In this document: in pieces, positions 28,236-37,102 of the stretch
Layout: the number at the start of each line of letters is the position of its first letter
Numbering within the stretch: position 1 is the first letter of the stretch
Assembly (NCBI GenBank): GCA_965197585.1
Contig: OZ240215.1
Location: 2,560,001-2,624,000, forward strand
Reading direction: 5' to 3'
DNA length: 64,000 nt
Source: Dehalococcoidia bacterium
GTDB lineage: Bacteria > Chloroflexota > Dehalococcoidia > Plut-88900
Notes under the pieces: model-generated
Told to the model about the DNA's origin: nothing
Databases searched by the model: none
Seen by the model: only the letters and a program-made list of their open reading frames with translations
Made by a program: the position numbers and the translations under genes

Positions 28236-30385
28236 TCGCCGCTTTCTCCTACAGCTTGTAGTCTGAACCACGCACCGGTGTCAGATTCGAAGGCCTTCAG
28301 CTCAAGACCATTGCGTGCTGCGGCCTCGCCGGCGATTGGCAAACCGAGTCCGGTGCCTGATTGCTTGGTGGAGAACTGGGGTTCAAATATAACCTCACTG
28401 GCAATTAGGCCAGGATCTATTCCGGGTCCAGTGTCCCGGTAATCTATGTACAGGAGGGAGTTTCCATCTGTCACAGCAACAACGAAAATCTCCTGTTGGG
28501 GACTGTTTTTCTCACTCATCCAGTAAAGGCTATTGTCGATCAGATTGGTGAAAATGGAATAGATATCCTGAGACCAGGCGGAAATTATGAAGTCGTCGGG
28601 ACAGTCCAAATGACTCTCAACATTCTGCGATTTCATTTCCGATGCAAAAACTGAGAAGGTCCCATTTATTGTCTGCTTCAAGTTCAGGGATGTCCTTTTG
28701 GAACGTTTTACAGCCGCTAATGGGTCGAGCCGTCCGAAGAGATGCACGAACACTTCCGCATTTTCTCCAATGCCATCGCCAATAGATACAACCCTATTGA
28801 GATTATCCATTTCCCCGGTTTTGAGGAAAGACTTGTGCCAATACCTGAGATTCGGTATCTGGTTTCTGAAGAAATTAAGGGGCCGACGACCTTCATGAAG
28901 AATGACGTTGATTATCTTCCCCAAAGTCGCCTGGCCCTGGTATATCGCGACAGCTTGGCGAATGTCATCAGCTACCCTGTTTTTCTCCTCCTCATCCCGG
29001 CTGATAAGATCCATGATCTTTTCAGCTGTCTCTCGCCCGACACCGGATTTCGAAAGACTTGAGTGCACATCTCGCTTAAGGTCCTCCGAAGAAAAAAGGC
29101 TGTCCAGTTCACGTTCAATCCTGGCGGCAGGTCGATTGAGACCCGTCCGTCTTCTGTACAGGAAGCGACGTGACTCAAGCTCCGCTATGGCGCTCTTGGT
29201 GATTTCCTTCAATCGGTCAAATGCTTTATTCTCCCTCAAGCCGTCTCTCGCGCTTTTCTCGATCAGGCCGGATTCCTCTTCTGACTGAATCTGAACAAAC
29301 CCGATCACCTGATTACTGCCAATTCGCTGTGACGGGTTCTGAACTCGCTGCTCGTTCAACTTCAACCAGTCAAAATCCGGATCCCCCAGTGGTCGGATGC
29401 GAAATCCATTCCGATAGACACCGATACCGTTGTACTCGTTGAGCAGCTGCCTTGCTTGAAGGTTGCCGACGTAGTTTCCGGAATCGTCCTTGAGCCCACG
29501 CCCAATCAGAGAGTCGATGGACCCCGTGTCCCTGTCATAGACGCGAATATCCAGTAATAGCTCCCCACAGTCTGTGGGTTTGCCGAGGAGGAAAGGGATA
29601 GTTTCATCAGGTGAATTGCGAATCTTCTGCATCGCATATTCCAGCGTACTCCTGCCTTCCGAGGTGATACGGCCTGAAATTCTGTAATCAAAAAGGTCGA
29701 AAATAGGGTAGGGCTGTATGGTTTCGTTTATGTTTTCTACATCGGAAAAACCTCTTACCTTCAGATTAATGCGGAAATCGTCATTACTCAGGGCGACTCC
29801 AACTGGCGACTTCAAACGTCGCAACTCAAAGCGAAGCTTGTTGAATTGCTTCTGGTTCCAATCACTGATAAGCACATCATCTGCTGTTATGGTCAGCCGA
29901 GTGCCGGCGGTCTCGGACGTTTCCGAGGTTTCAACCAGTATTTCGATATCATCCAGGTACTCTGATTTTTCGAATTGGCTCCAATCGATGTATACCTCAG
30001 TCTTCTCACCCTGTTCGGAAACCGTTTCCAGAAGCAAGTCTTTGCCCAAGACCGACGCGGCGTAACGTCCTACACCTTTGCGTCCCTGCATGACTCTTCC
30101 TGCTGGGCTCTTGCGCCTTTTCAGCTTGTCCGATGTCGATGGGACCATCCACTTGTTGAGGACATCCTCTCGGGTCATCCCATGGCCGTGGTCGGAGATG
30201 GCGATAGAGTAACCTCTTCCCCTACTCTTCCGGCTGAATTCGATCTCAACGTCTCTCGAATCGGCGTCGTAGGCGTTCTTGACCAGTTCCACCACTGCCG
30301 CGTAAGGATCCTGAATCAGATCCCTTCCGATGGTGAGTATCAATCGGGCTGCCGGCCTTATTTTATGCGTGTCTGCCTTGCTCAT
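28232..30385 (-). CDS. GHKL (MORC/HATPase_c_3-like) ATPase fused to a C-terminal histidine kinase
   Basis: N-terminal ELVKNAYDAD, D.G.GM and G.KGVGR; C-terminal ILHEGRRP (H-box), NLIDNS, D.GPGI and GTGLGL. Confidence 0.88.
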   Translation of the reverse strand: MSKADTHKIRPAARLILTIGRDLIQDPYAAVVELVKNAYDADSRDVEIEFSRKSRGRGYSIAISDHGHGMTREDVLNKWMVPSTSDKLKRRKSPAGRVMQGRKGVGRYAASVLGKDLLLETVSEQGEKTEVYIDWSQFEKSEYLDDIEILVETSETSETAGTRLTITADDVLISDWNQKQFNKLRFELRRLKSPVGVALSNDDFRINLKVRGFSDVENINETIQPYPIFDLFDYRISGRITSEGRSTLEYAMQKIRNSPDETIPFLLGKPTDCGELLLDIRVYDRDTGSIDSLIGRGLKDDSGNYVGNLQARQLLNEYNGIGVYRNGFRIRPLGDPDFDWLKLNEQRVQNPSQRIGSNQVIGFVQIQSEEESGLIEKSARDGLRENKAFDRLKEITKSAIAELESRRFLYRRRTGLNRPAARIERELDSLFSSEDLKRDVHSSLSKSGVGRETAEKIMDLISRDEEEKNRVADDIRQAVAIYQGQATLGKIINVILHEGRRPLNFFRNQIPNLRYWHKSFLKTGEMDNLNRVVSIGDGIGENAEVFVHLFGRLDPLAAVKRSKRTSLNLKQTINGTFSVFASEMKSQNVESHLDCPDDFIISAWSQDIYSIFTNLIDNSLYWMSEKNSPQQEIFVVAVTDGNSLLYIDYRDTGPGIDPGLIASEVIFEPQFSTKQSGTGLGLPIAGEAAARNGLELKAFESDTGAWFRLQAVGESGE

Positions 30386-30540
30386 ACCCAGACTTCCCTT
30401 ATCTGTCCGGATGTCTCCCCCCTCAACTGCGCGGGCACTGCATTGCCCACCTGCAGGAATACTGGGGTCTTCCCCAAGTCACCACTGGCTCTCTTCAAAT
30501 GGTAATCATCCAGAAATACTTGCAGCCGCTCGGCCTCTAG
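30382..30540 (-). pseudogene. Relic C-terminus of a second C5 cytosine methyltransferase
   Basis: Manual translation LEAERLQVFLDDY..KTPVFLQVGNAVPAQL..* matches motifs IX-X. Its stop overlaps the kinase ATG (ATGA). Confidence 0.65.
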
Positions 30541-30669
30541 CCTTCCGTTACCTAGGAAGGCTAGAGGCTCCCGAATACGGTAGGCAACCTCTTCTGATCA
30601 TTTTCTGCCTGTACAAACGAATCTTCAATCCGGTTCGGGGCTTCCTGGACCAGTTTTACGAGGACCTGG

Positions 30670-32586
30670 TCACATTCGGCCATCGCACCAGTCTCGCCCT
30701 ACGGAAACCAAAACCTCACGCCTCTGCCTCTTGTAGGACACGCAAAACGATTTGATCGGACACTCCTCACATTTAGGGTCTCTTGGTCTGCAATAGCGGT
30801 CACCGATCTCAAGCACGGCAGCGTAAGCCATACTAGTGTCACGCACACCAACTAATCGGGCTATGGCAATCTGAGCAGTCAATTGGGACTCAGGCCTTGC
30901 GTTGCCAAATGCGCGTCCCACGAGGCGGCGAGTTGACGTAGTGGGACGCAAGTTGTGGCTCCTGCCAGCAAGAGTCAATGCTACTTTCCAACGTTCTGCT
31001 GACAGTGTCGGAGGAAGCCCTTGTGCTGGGGGCTCATTCAGGTCACTGTTGGAGAGGGTTTTTGCGATTTCATCGAGCATCTCGCAGTCCTTGCCGCTGT
31101 CGGAAACAAGACTGGACTTCCTGCGTTTATCTGAGAGGTAGGTTGCTGAATCTGGCCATAGGGCCTTGTAGTAGGGCCATAGGGTTGCTATTTCACGAGT
31201 TGACTTGCGCTCGAATAGAACTGTCCCCATCAGAATCTGCCACAGTTCCTGGCTCACGCGCCAGGGGGCTCGTAGCTCGGACTCGGTCTTCTGACGGATC
31301 CATTGCACCAAGGCATCGGAGACTTCCGTTGTCCTAATAGGGTGCGATATGCCCTTGTCATGTCCAAGGGACCGCATCAGTGACTTGCCAATCGCACGCG
31401 CCACTAAAGGGGGTACAGCCTCTCCTATTTGCCTAAATGAATGGGAAGGAGTCCCTGCGAACCTGAAGCGATCGGGGAATGTCTGAATCCGGGCTGCTTC
31501 CCTCATCGTCAGTGTTCTGTGATCAGTGGGGTGGATATACCAGTATCCATCGCGTGCGATATGTGCTGTTATTGTTCGAGATGGCTTCTTGGGGTCAAGC
31601 CGTTTGTATTTGTCATCAAAATGATCCGTCGTGTACCGCCGCAAATGGGCAGGTAAATCCGAATAGCGCGTGTTCGACTTCATCAGGCGAAACGCTTGGA
31701 GGTCGTCCTTTCGAACTGATCTCGCGAAGTGATCGTAGACTCGCCCGCCTCGCCCCTGCGGTTGTCCCTTCCGAAACCAGCGTTGCAGCGCAGTCGTCGC
31801 CTCACCCTTTCGACCATAGGGCAAACCGTCATTGACCTCTCCGGCAGTTATCGCAGGCAGATCGGAAATCGCTTCTTCAACTCCTGGTTTATCCTTCCTA
31901 CTTGGCTTGGGCCAAGAAAAGGGAGTGCCTGCTCGCACACCTACAATAAACACCCTGTGCCTGTGCTGAGGGGCTCCGTATTGCCAGGAAGGCACAATAC
32001 AAGTGTAAACGTCATACCCTGTGTATTCGAGGGCCTCTACGATCTTGCGAAAGACAATTGAGTTATCCCCTGAAACCAGGTCCGGGACGTTTTCCATCAA
32101 CACAGCCGCAGGCCGGAGCCCTTCTACTATTCTCAGGAATCCTTTCCAGAGGTCTCGTCTGTCGTCTTCTTCTGATCGCACTCCCCTCTGGACCAAGGAA
32201 CGGATCTTGCTACTGCCAGCCCTTGAGAAGGGTTGGCAAGGCGGCGAACCCGCAACCAGCGACACTTCTACTCCCTCAAATGCGTCCAGAATGCTGGAAA
32301 TCTCATCACAGTCCGACAGATCGGCTCGTAGAGACACTCCACCGAAATGCGCCCGGTGCGTTTCGACTGCGTACTCATCTATATCCACTCCCAGGATTAC
32401 TCCAAAGCCTGATTCCTCAAGTCCCAGGCTCAGACCACCTCCACAGCAGAAGAGATCGACCGCGAGTGGCCGGTCACTCTTTTTCGCGTACGCGCGGATG
32501 TCGTTGAGGTCGCAGGACTCCTGATGGGGATAAAGCTTCAGCCTTGGCCCCCTTGAGGCTTTGAGTCTGTACTGATCGGTAGTCAT
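30670..32586 (-). CDS. dcm: DNA (cytosine-5) methyltransferase with a C-terminal degenerate HhH-GPD/[4Fe-4S] domain
   Basis: DLFCCGGG, GSPPCQPFS, ENV, Q.R.R, EAARIQTFP and QIGEAVPP, followed by PWR..W..L....L and CRPRDPKCEECPIKSFC. Confidence 0.9.
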   Translation of the reverse strand: MTTDQYRLKASRGPRLKLYPHQESCDLNDIRAYAKKSDRPLAVDLFCCGGGLSLGLEESGFGVILGVDIDEYAVETHRAHFGGVSLRADLSDCDEISSILDAFEGVEVSLVAGSPPCQPFSRAGSSKIRSLVQRGVRSEEDDRRDLWKGFLRIVEGLRPAAVLMENVPDLVSGDNSIVFRKIVEALEYTGYDVYTCIVPSWQYGAPQHRHRVFIVGVRAGTPFSWPKPSRKDKPGVEEAISDLPAITAGEVNDGLPYGRKGEATTALQRWFRKGQPQGRGGRVYDHFARSVRKDDLQAFRLMKSNTRYSDLPAHLRRYTTDHFDDKYKRLDPKKPSRTITAHIARDGYWYIHPTDHRTLTMREAARIQTFPDRFRFAGTPSHSFRQIGEAVPPLVARAIGKSLMRSLGHDKGISHPIRTTEVSDALVQWIRQKTESELRAPWRVSQELWQILMGTVLFERKSTREIATLWPYYKALWPDSATYLSDKRRKSSLVSDSGKDCEMLDEIAKTLSNSDLNEPPAQGLPPTLSAERWKVALTLAGRSHNLRPTTSTRRLVGRAFGNARPESQLTAQIAIARLVGVRDTSMAYAAVLEIGDRYCRPRDPKCEECPIKSFCVSYKRQRREVLVSVGRDWCDGRM

Positions 32587-33278
32587 CGGTATTCTCCGGT
32601 ACGCGCGGAATCCGATAGCAACCGGCGTCCTGTAATGCATCCGGATAGCAGGGGGCACCGCCCGCATTCGGGTTTCTTCGCGTGGCACACCAACGCTGCC
32701 AGGTCAAGGAGGGCGTAGTTGTCCTCCGCACACGGATCTGTCCCGCTTGTCGAAAGTCTGGCTACTACTTGTCTTACCCTGCGACTGCGGTGGTGGGTTT
32801 GGTTCAGTGGTTCGCCCGTGATCCGACAGGCGAGACGGATTGTGTTGGTATCGACCACTACCTGCCGGCAACCGAAACCGAAGCATTTAACGCTACTCGC
32901 AATGTAATGTCCGATACCGGGCAGGGATGTAAGGGCAGTCCACCCTGCTGGCACTTCGCTGTTGTGTAGAGCGACAAGCTGCTCGCATGTAGAGATGAAG
33001 AACTTCGCTCTCCAGGCTAATCCCGCGGAGCGCGTTGCCTTGAGCCATTCAGCCGGCTGTCGAACAACCGACTCTGGTGACGGGAACTGTTTTGAGACAT
33101 CGTTGTACAGCCTCTCCACTGTGGAGGCCTTGGTACGGTGAAGGAGAATCTCCGCCAACAGGATATTCCATGGAGTCGCCCCCGCACGCCACGGCAGTTG
33201 ATGTCGCCCATGTTCGTGATGCCACGATCGGAGGCTAGCCCAGTCTTGTGGCGACAGTGCTAAACCTGATTCAACCAT
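32583..33278 (-). CDS. HhH-GPD family DNA glycosylase (MutY/MIG-like, probably T:G mismatch)
   Basis: LPWR, LLAEILL.RT, LPGIG.Y (HhH), VVDTN (catalytic Asp) and C..K.P.C..CPL...C. There is no MutY C-terminal NUDIX-like domain. ATGA-coupled to the MTase. Confidence 0.85.
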   Translation of the reverse strand: MVESGLALSPQDWASLRSWHHEHGRHQLPWRAGATPWNILLAEILLHRTKASTVERLYNDVSKQFPSPESVVRQPAEWLKATRSAGLAWRAKFFISTCEQLVALHNSEVPAGWTALTSLPGIGHYIASSVKCFGFGCRQVVVDTNTIRLACRITGEPLNQTHHRSRRVRQVVARLSTSGTDPCAEDNYALLDLAALVCHAKKPECGRCPLLSGCITGRRLLSDSARTGEYR

Positions 33279-33974
33279 AGCGGTCAATCCATTTTCGAGC
33301 AACTACCCATCCTATTGGCCAAGCATTCTCAAAAGGAGCTAGGAATCAGCGGTTTCTCAATCGCCGATGAGTACCTGAATACGTCGCGTTGCCCAAGGCG
33401 AAGGACCTGTCCGTCCACTAACCAGCCTCTGTGCCGTGACCCATAAAACACCTATTCCACATGGGAGCGCCTCGGACTCCCATACAGTTTTGCGAGGCGG
33501 TTGATTGTCACCCTAACTTCTCAAACATGCGATACACTCCCAACATACAACGAGCAGATGTTATAACTTTCGGCCGATCAACTCAATAAGTGCTACTTGA
33601 GCGTTGCGTAGCGGCTAGAGTAATTTACAGCAATCGGAGAGGGTATGTCGTGGATAACTGAAGGGGGACAGCTAAGCCAACCAGTGTAACCACTTCGTCG
33701 CGTGGTACCACTTATTTGGTAGGTCTTCGCTGCCTGCCTCTCCTGAATGTGTGATCGCCTACCTCGAAGGCAGATCCGAAACGAGTGCGAACTCCTCGAC
33801 TCTGAGGGTGGCTGCCGTCGCGATATCCCGCAAAAGTAAGGACTTGGGTTTCGACTTACCTCTCCATCACGGCATCGCCCAAGCCGTGATGGACGAGCTG
33901 ACATGAAATTACGCCTCCGGTCCGACCTAGACGCTCCCACTGGACCTAGACTGCTATCTCGCCAACAGAAAGGC

Positions 33975-34350
33975 GGCACACCGGCCACTCAGGGGACGAG
34001 GTGGTCGGATGGAACGAATTGGGAGAGCCTGCAGGCGGGGAGCTGTAGACATAGCCATGATCGGTCTTATGCAGGACGCAAGCCTGAGAGTGAGCGAGGA
34101 TGCGGCGTTGGTCTGGGCTGTCGTCGAGCATGTGCGGGGCGGGTTAGGCTGTGTGTGTTGGGAGCGCTGGCGAGGACAACTACCGCGTGTTGAGTGCCGA
34201 CACAATGAAACTCCTGCTGCCGGTCCGTCGAGACGCTGGCGGGGTCGAGCACGTACTGGCCATGAGACCGAACCAAAATGCCATGCGGACAGGCGCGGCG
34301 GCGAGACAGGCGGGGTTGGGAGAGGACTACTCAGGGGACAGCCCTCCCTC
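33975..34350 (+). pseudogene. Tyrosine recombinase (Cre/XerD-like) remnant
   Basis: Frame-broken fragments RRGAVDIAMIGLMQDASLRVSE.AAL.W (box I Arg) and AARQAGLGEDYSGDSP (decayed SGHS.R). Confidence 0.65.
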
Positions 34351-34666
34351 TGGACTAGTGTCAATCCGCAGTTTCGGGCTTGCCCCGCTCGGTCACTAGT
34401 ACACCGAGGGAGTGTGTGAGCGGATGGTGCAGCGCTAATAACGATGCGGGCTCAGCTGTGCAATGCCCTATTTGAGCTGCAGGCCCAGCTATTCCTAACC
34501 AAGAGGGCCGGTACGGTGCGACCGCCCCATGGGCATCGTTTCGACTCCCTGATCGTTATACTTTATGTAGGATATATAAGGTATCAATAAGGAGAAGGGA
34601 GACTCTCAAATGAGGTCGTTGATCAGCTTGGGGAGGGGCCGATAGCGGGGGACGGATTGCCCTCCC

Positions 34667-34761
34667 CCGCCACCGTCAGCAGTCTCAGCCGCAAAAGTTA
34701 AAGCGTGTATAAATACAGTTATACACGCTTTTGCTTTCTCCTTTGATACTGACGGAGGCGG
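34667..34761. repeat. Nested inverted repeat with a perfect 13-bp-arm / 6-bp-spacer core
   Basis: aaagcgtgtataa-atacag-ttatacacgcttt (34700-34731) inside ccgccaccgtcag...ctgacggaggcgg. Confidence 0.7.
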
Positions 34762-34974
34762 TGGTTAGCCGCTGATTGCACCGGGGACCATCACGGTCCA
34801 CTAACCGATGTCAAACTCTCGCATCAGAAAATTCTTCCTGAAGGGGGACCCTTTATGCAACGCTGCGGTATTAGCCGTGGAACTGCGCCACCGCACCTTT
34901 GCCGGCGGTCTCGTTGCGGGTGTAGTGAGCGGGCATTGCGGCATTGCGCCAGCGCCCGGAGTTTATAAGGCTGG

Positions 34975-35967
34975 TCAGCTCGATTCCCACTCTCGCCAGG
35001 TCCCACGCCATGCCTGCCCTCGGTAGTTCCGCCGCAGCTCCGACACGTATCGTCTCCCGAGGCCGTCCGCGTTCCCTGCCAGCCAGTCGCTCAGCCTCGT
35101 CTTGCCAGTCGGCGGTTCCCCGGATGTAAGCACCCCAGCTATCAGGCCGTCAACCTCGTCATGGGTGAGCGCCATGTCACGCATCAGCAAACCCACCAGC
35201 CCGGTCAGCGCGAGCCCCACGCGCGGAGGCGTGTGTAGGAACCACCTTCGGACACCCATTGAGGAGGCCAGTAGGCGAAGCAGGGCCTCGAAGGAGAACG
35301 TGTCCGGCCCGGCAGCGTCGGCCACGGAGTTCTCGCTCTGAGACCCGGCTTCCACCGCATGAGCCGCGAGGTCTTCGACGTAGACGGGCTGGACCGGATA
35401 GTCACCGCTCCCGTAGACGGGGAAGACGGGAAAGCGCCGCAGCGCCCAAGCCATGTTGTTGAGCAGCAGGTCGCCGACTCCGAAGACCAGCGTAGGTCTG
35501 ATGATGGCATGGGGGACTCCGAGACCTTTCAGCATATCCTCCACCTGTGCCTTGCCTCTGAAGTAGGGCAGCGCGGACCCGGAGGAAGCGTTCGTCACCG
35601 AGAAGTGGACTATCCTGCCGACGCCAGCCCTCTTTGCAGCTTCAAACAGTATCCTGGTATTCTCGACCGCGAGGTCGAAAGTTATCCGGCCATGGGCGTA
35701 CCGCACCCAGTAGGTGTTGTAGAAGACGCCCGCTCCCTGCATCGAGCTGCACAGCCCATCGGGGTCGGAGAAGTCCAAGGGGGCCACCTCCACCCGGCCG
35801 CCGAAAGGGTCCTCCGCATCCGGGCTGCGGGTCAGTGTCCTGACGCGGACGCCCTCGTCAAGTAGACGCCGGGTGACATACCTGCCCGTATAGCTGAAAG
35901 CGCCGGTGACGACGGCGAGGTCGGGGTGCGGCATCCTTCTATCACCGTTCGTGAGTGTGATCGTCAT
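34975..35967 (-). CDS. NAD(P)-binding atypical SDR / epimerase (NDUFA9-like)
   Basis: VTGAFSYTG, Y..GK..VE, IRPTLVFG and QPVYVEDLA. Confidence 0.85.
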   Translation of the reverse strand: MTITLTNGDRRMPHPDLAVVTGAFSYTGRYVTRRLLDEGVRVRTLTRSPDAEDPFGGRVEVAPLDFSDPDGLCSSMQGAGVFYNTYWVRYAHGRITFDLAVENTRILFEAAKRAGVGRIVHFSVTNASSGSALPYFRGKAQVEDMLKGLGVPHAIIRPTLVFGVGDLLLNNMAWALRRFPVFPVYGSGDYPVQPVYVEDLAAHAVEAGSQSENSVADAAGPDTFSFEALLRLLASSMGVRRWFLHTPPRVGLALTGLVGLLMRDMALTHDEVDGLIAGVLTSGEPPTGKTRLSDWLAGNADGLGRRYVSELRRNYRGQAWRGTWREWESS

Positions 35968-36641
35968 TCCTCCAACTGCCCCTCAGTCTCCCCCTTCGCC
36001 ATCCGGTAGCCGACGCGAAGCTCAGTCAGGATGTACTTGGGGTCTTCGGTGTCGGCGTCGAGCCCCCACACCCGGGGCAGCAGCGTCTCGTAGGTCAGAA
36101 GACGCCCGGCGTTGACCGACAGTTCGGCCAGCGTCTCGTACTCCTTGGCGGTCAGCTCGACGGGGCGACCGGTGAGGGTCACCTCGCGCTTGTCGCGGTC
36201 GATAGTCAGATCACCCAACGCAAAGGGCTCCGACGGCTTGGGGACCTCTCGTCGGCGCAGAGCGGCCCTGATCCTGGCCGGCAGCTCCGCCGGTGAGAAG
36301 GGCTTGACCATGTAGTCGGCAGTGCCCATGGCGAAGGCATCTCCTACATTCGGCGGATCGGCTTCTCCGACAGCCCTGAGGTGAAGTAGTAGACCATTGG
36401 CACGTGCTGCTCAGCGCATTGGCCGTAGGGTCCCAATCGGCCGGAAGGCTCGACCGCATCGTCGAGGAGCGTCATCGCTCCGTAGCGGGCCTCGGTCAGG
36501 GAGCGGGCGGAGTCCAGGACCCCCAGGAGCACCGTGTCGAAGTCCAAGCTTTCGTTGATGCGCAGGCTGGCCTTGCTCAGCCTGGACAGCCGGCCTCTGA
36601 GGGCCTGTATCTCTAGGTCTCGCGGCATCGTCTCGGTTCAT
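35964..36641 (-). pseudogene. Internally deleted, frameshifted duplicate of the hybrid sensor kinase/response regulator
   Basis: The 5' part RDLEIQALR.RLSRLS.ASLRINESLD and 3' part ADY.VKPFSP.EL.ARIRAALRR..ELTAKEY are near-identical to the ends of 42615-45020; the middle is missing. Confidence 0.85.
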
Positions 36642-36971
36642 TTCTACGCCTCTGTTGGGCTGTGGAAGGCCCTACTCTCCAACCAATGTGCAGCGGCTGG
36701 ATGGGGATTCCGAATTTGACGCTGCCGGGGCCATTATACCAGTTCGGGCCATAACTTACATCAAGATTATATAAAATAGTCGATATTCTCACGGCAATCT
36801 TACATGCATCCCATAAGATGGAATCACCCATCGAGAGGGAGGCATTCGCTTGGCGCTCGACAGACCAGCCCATGCACTTCACACGGCGGACAGGACAACG
36901 GCCCCTGCCGTCGCTACACCAGTCGCGCTTGGCTCCTCCGAACGCGCCGACCTAGTGCAGATGCCCCCAAG

Positions 36972-36996
36972 TTGACAGTCCTGAAGCTGTCCTGAA
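36972..36996 (+). promoter_or_regulatory. TTGACA followed by an 11-bp-period direct repeat (possible OmpR/PhoB-type box)
   Basis: ttgaca gtcctgaa gct gtcctgaa upstream of the cadherin gene. Confidence 0.35.
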
Positions 36997-37102
36997 ACCA
37001 ACTCCAACAAAACGAGTTCAATCTGCTGCCCAAGCTGGCCATTACTACGGGCAGCCCCAGCGAGACCAGGACCTGGGTTGACCTGGCCCGAAGGACCTGG
37101 TT

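Noticed and set aside
32583-33278. Calling this gene mutY
   Set aside because: It is too short, has no C-terminal 8-oxoG recognition domain, and its context beside a C5-MTase favours a MIG-like role.
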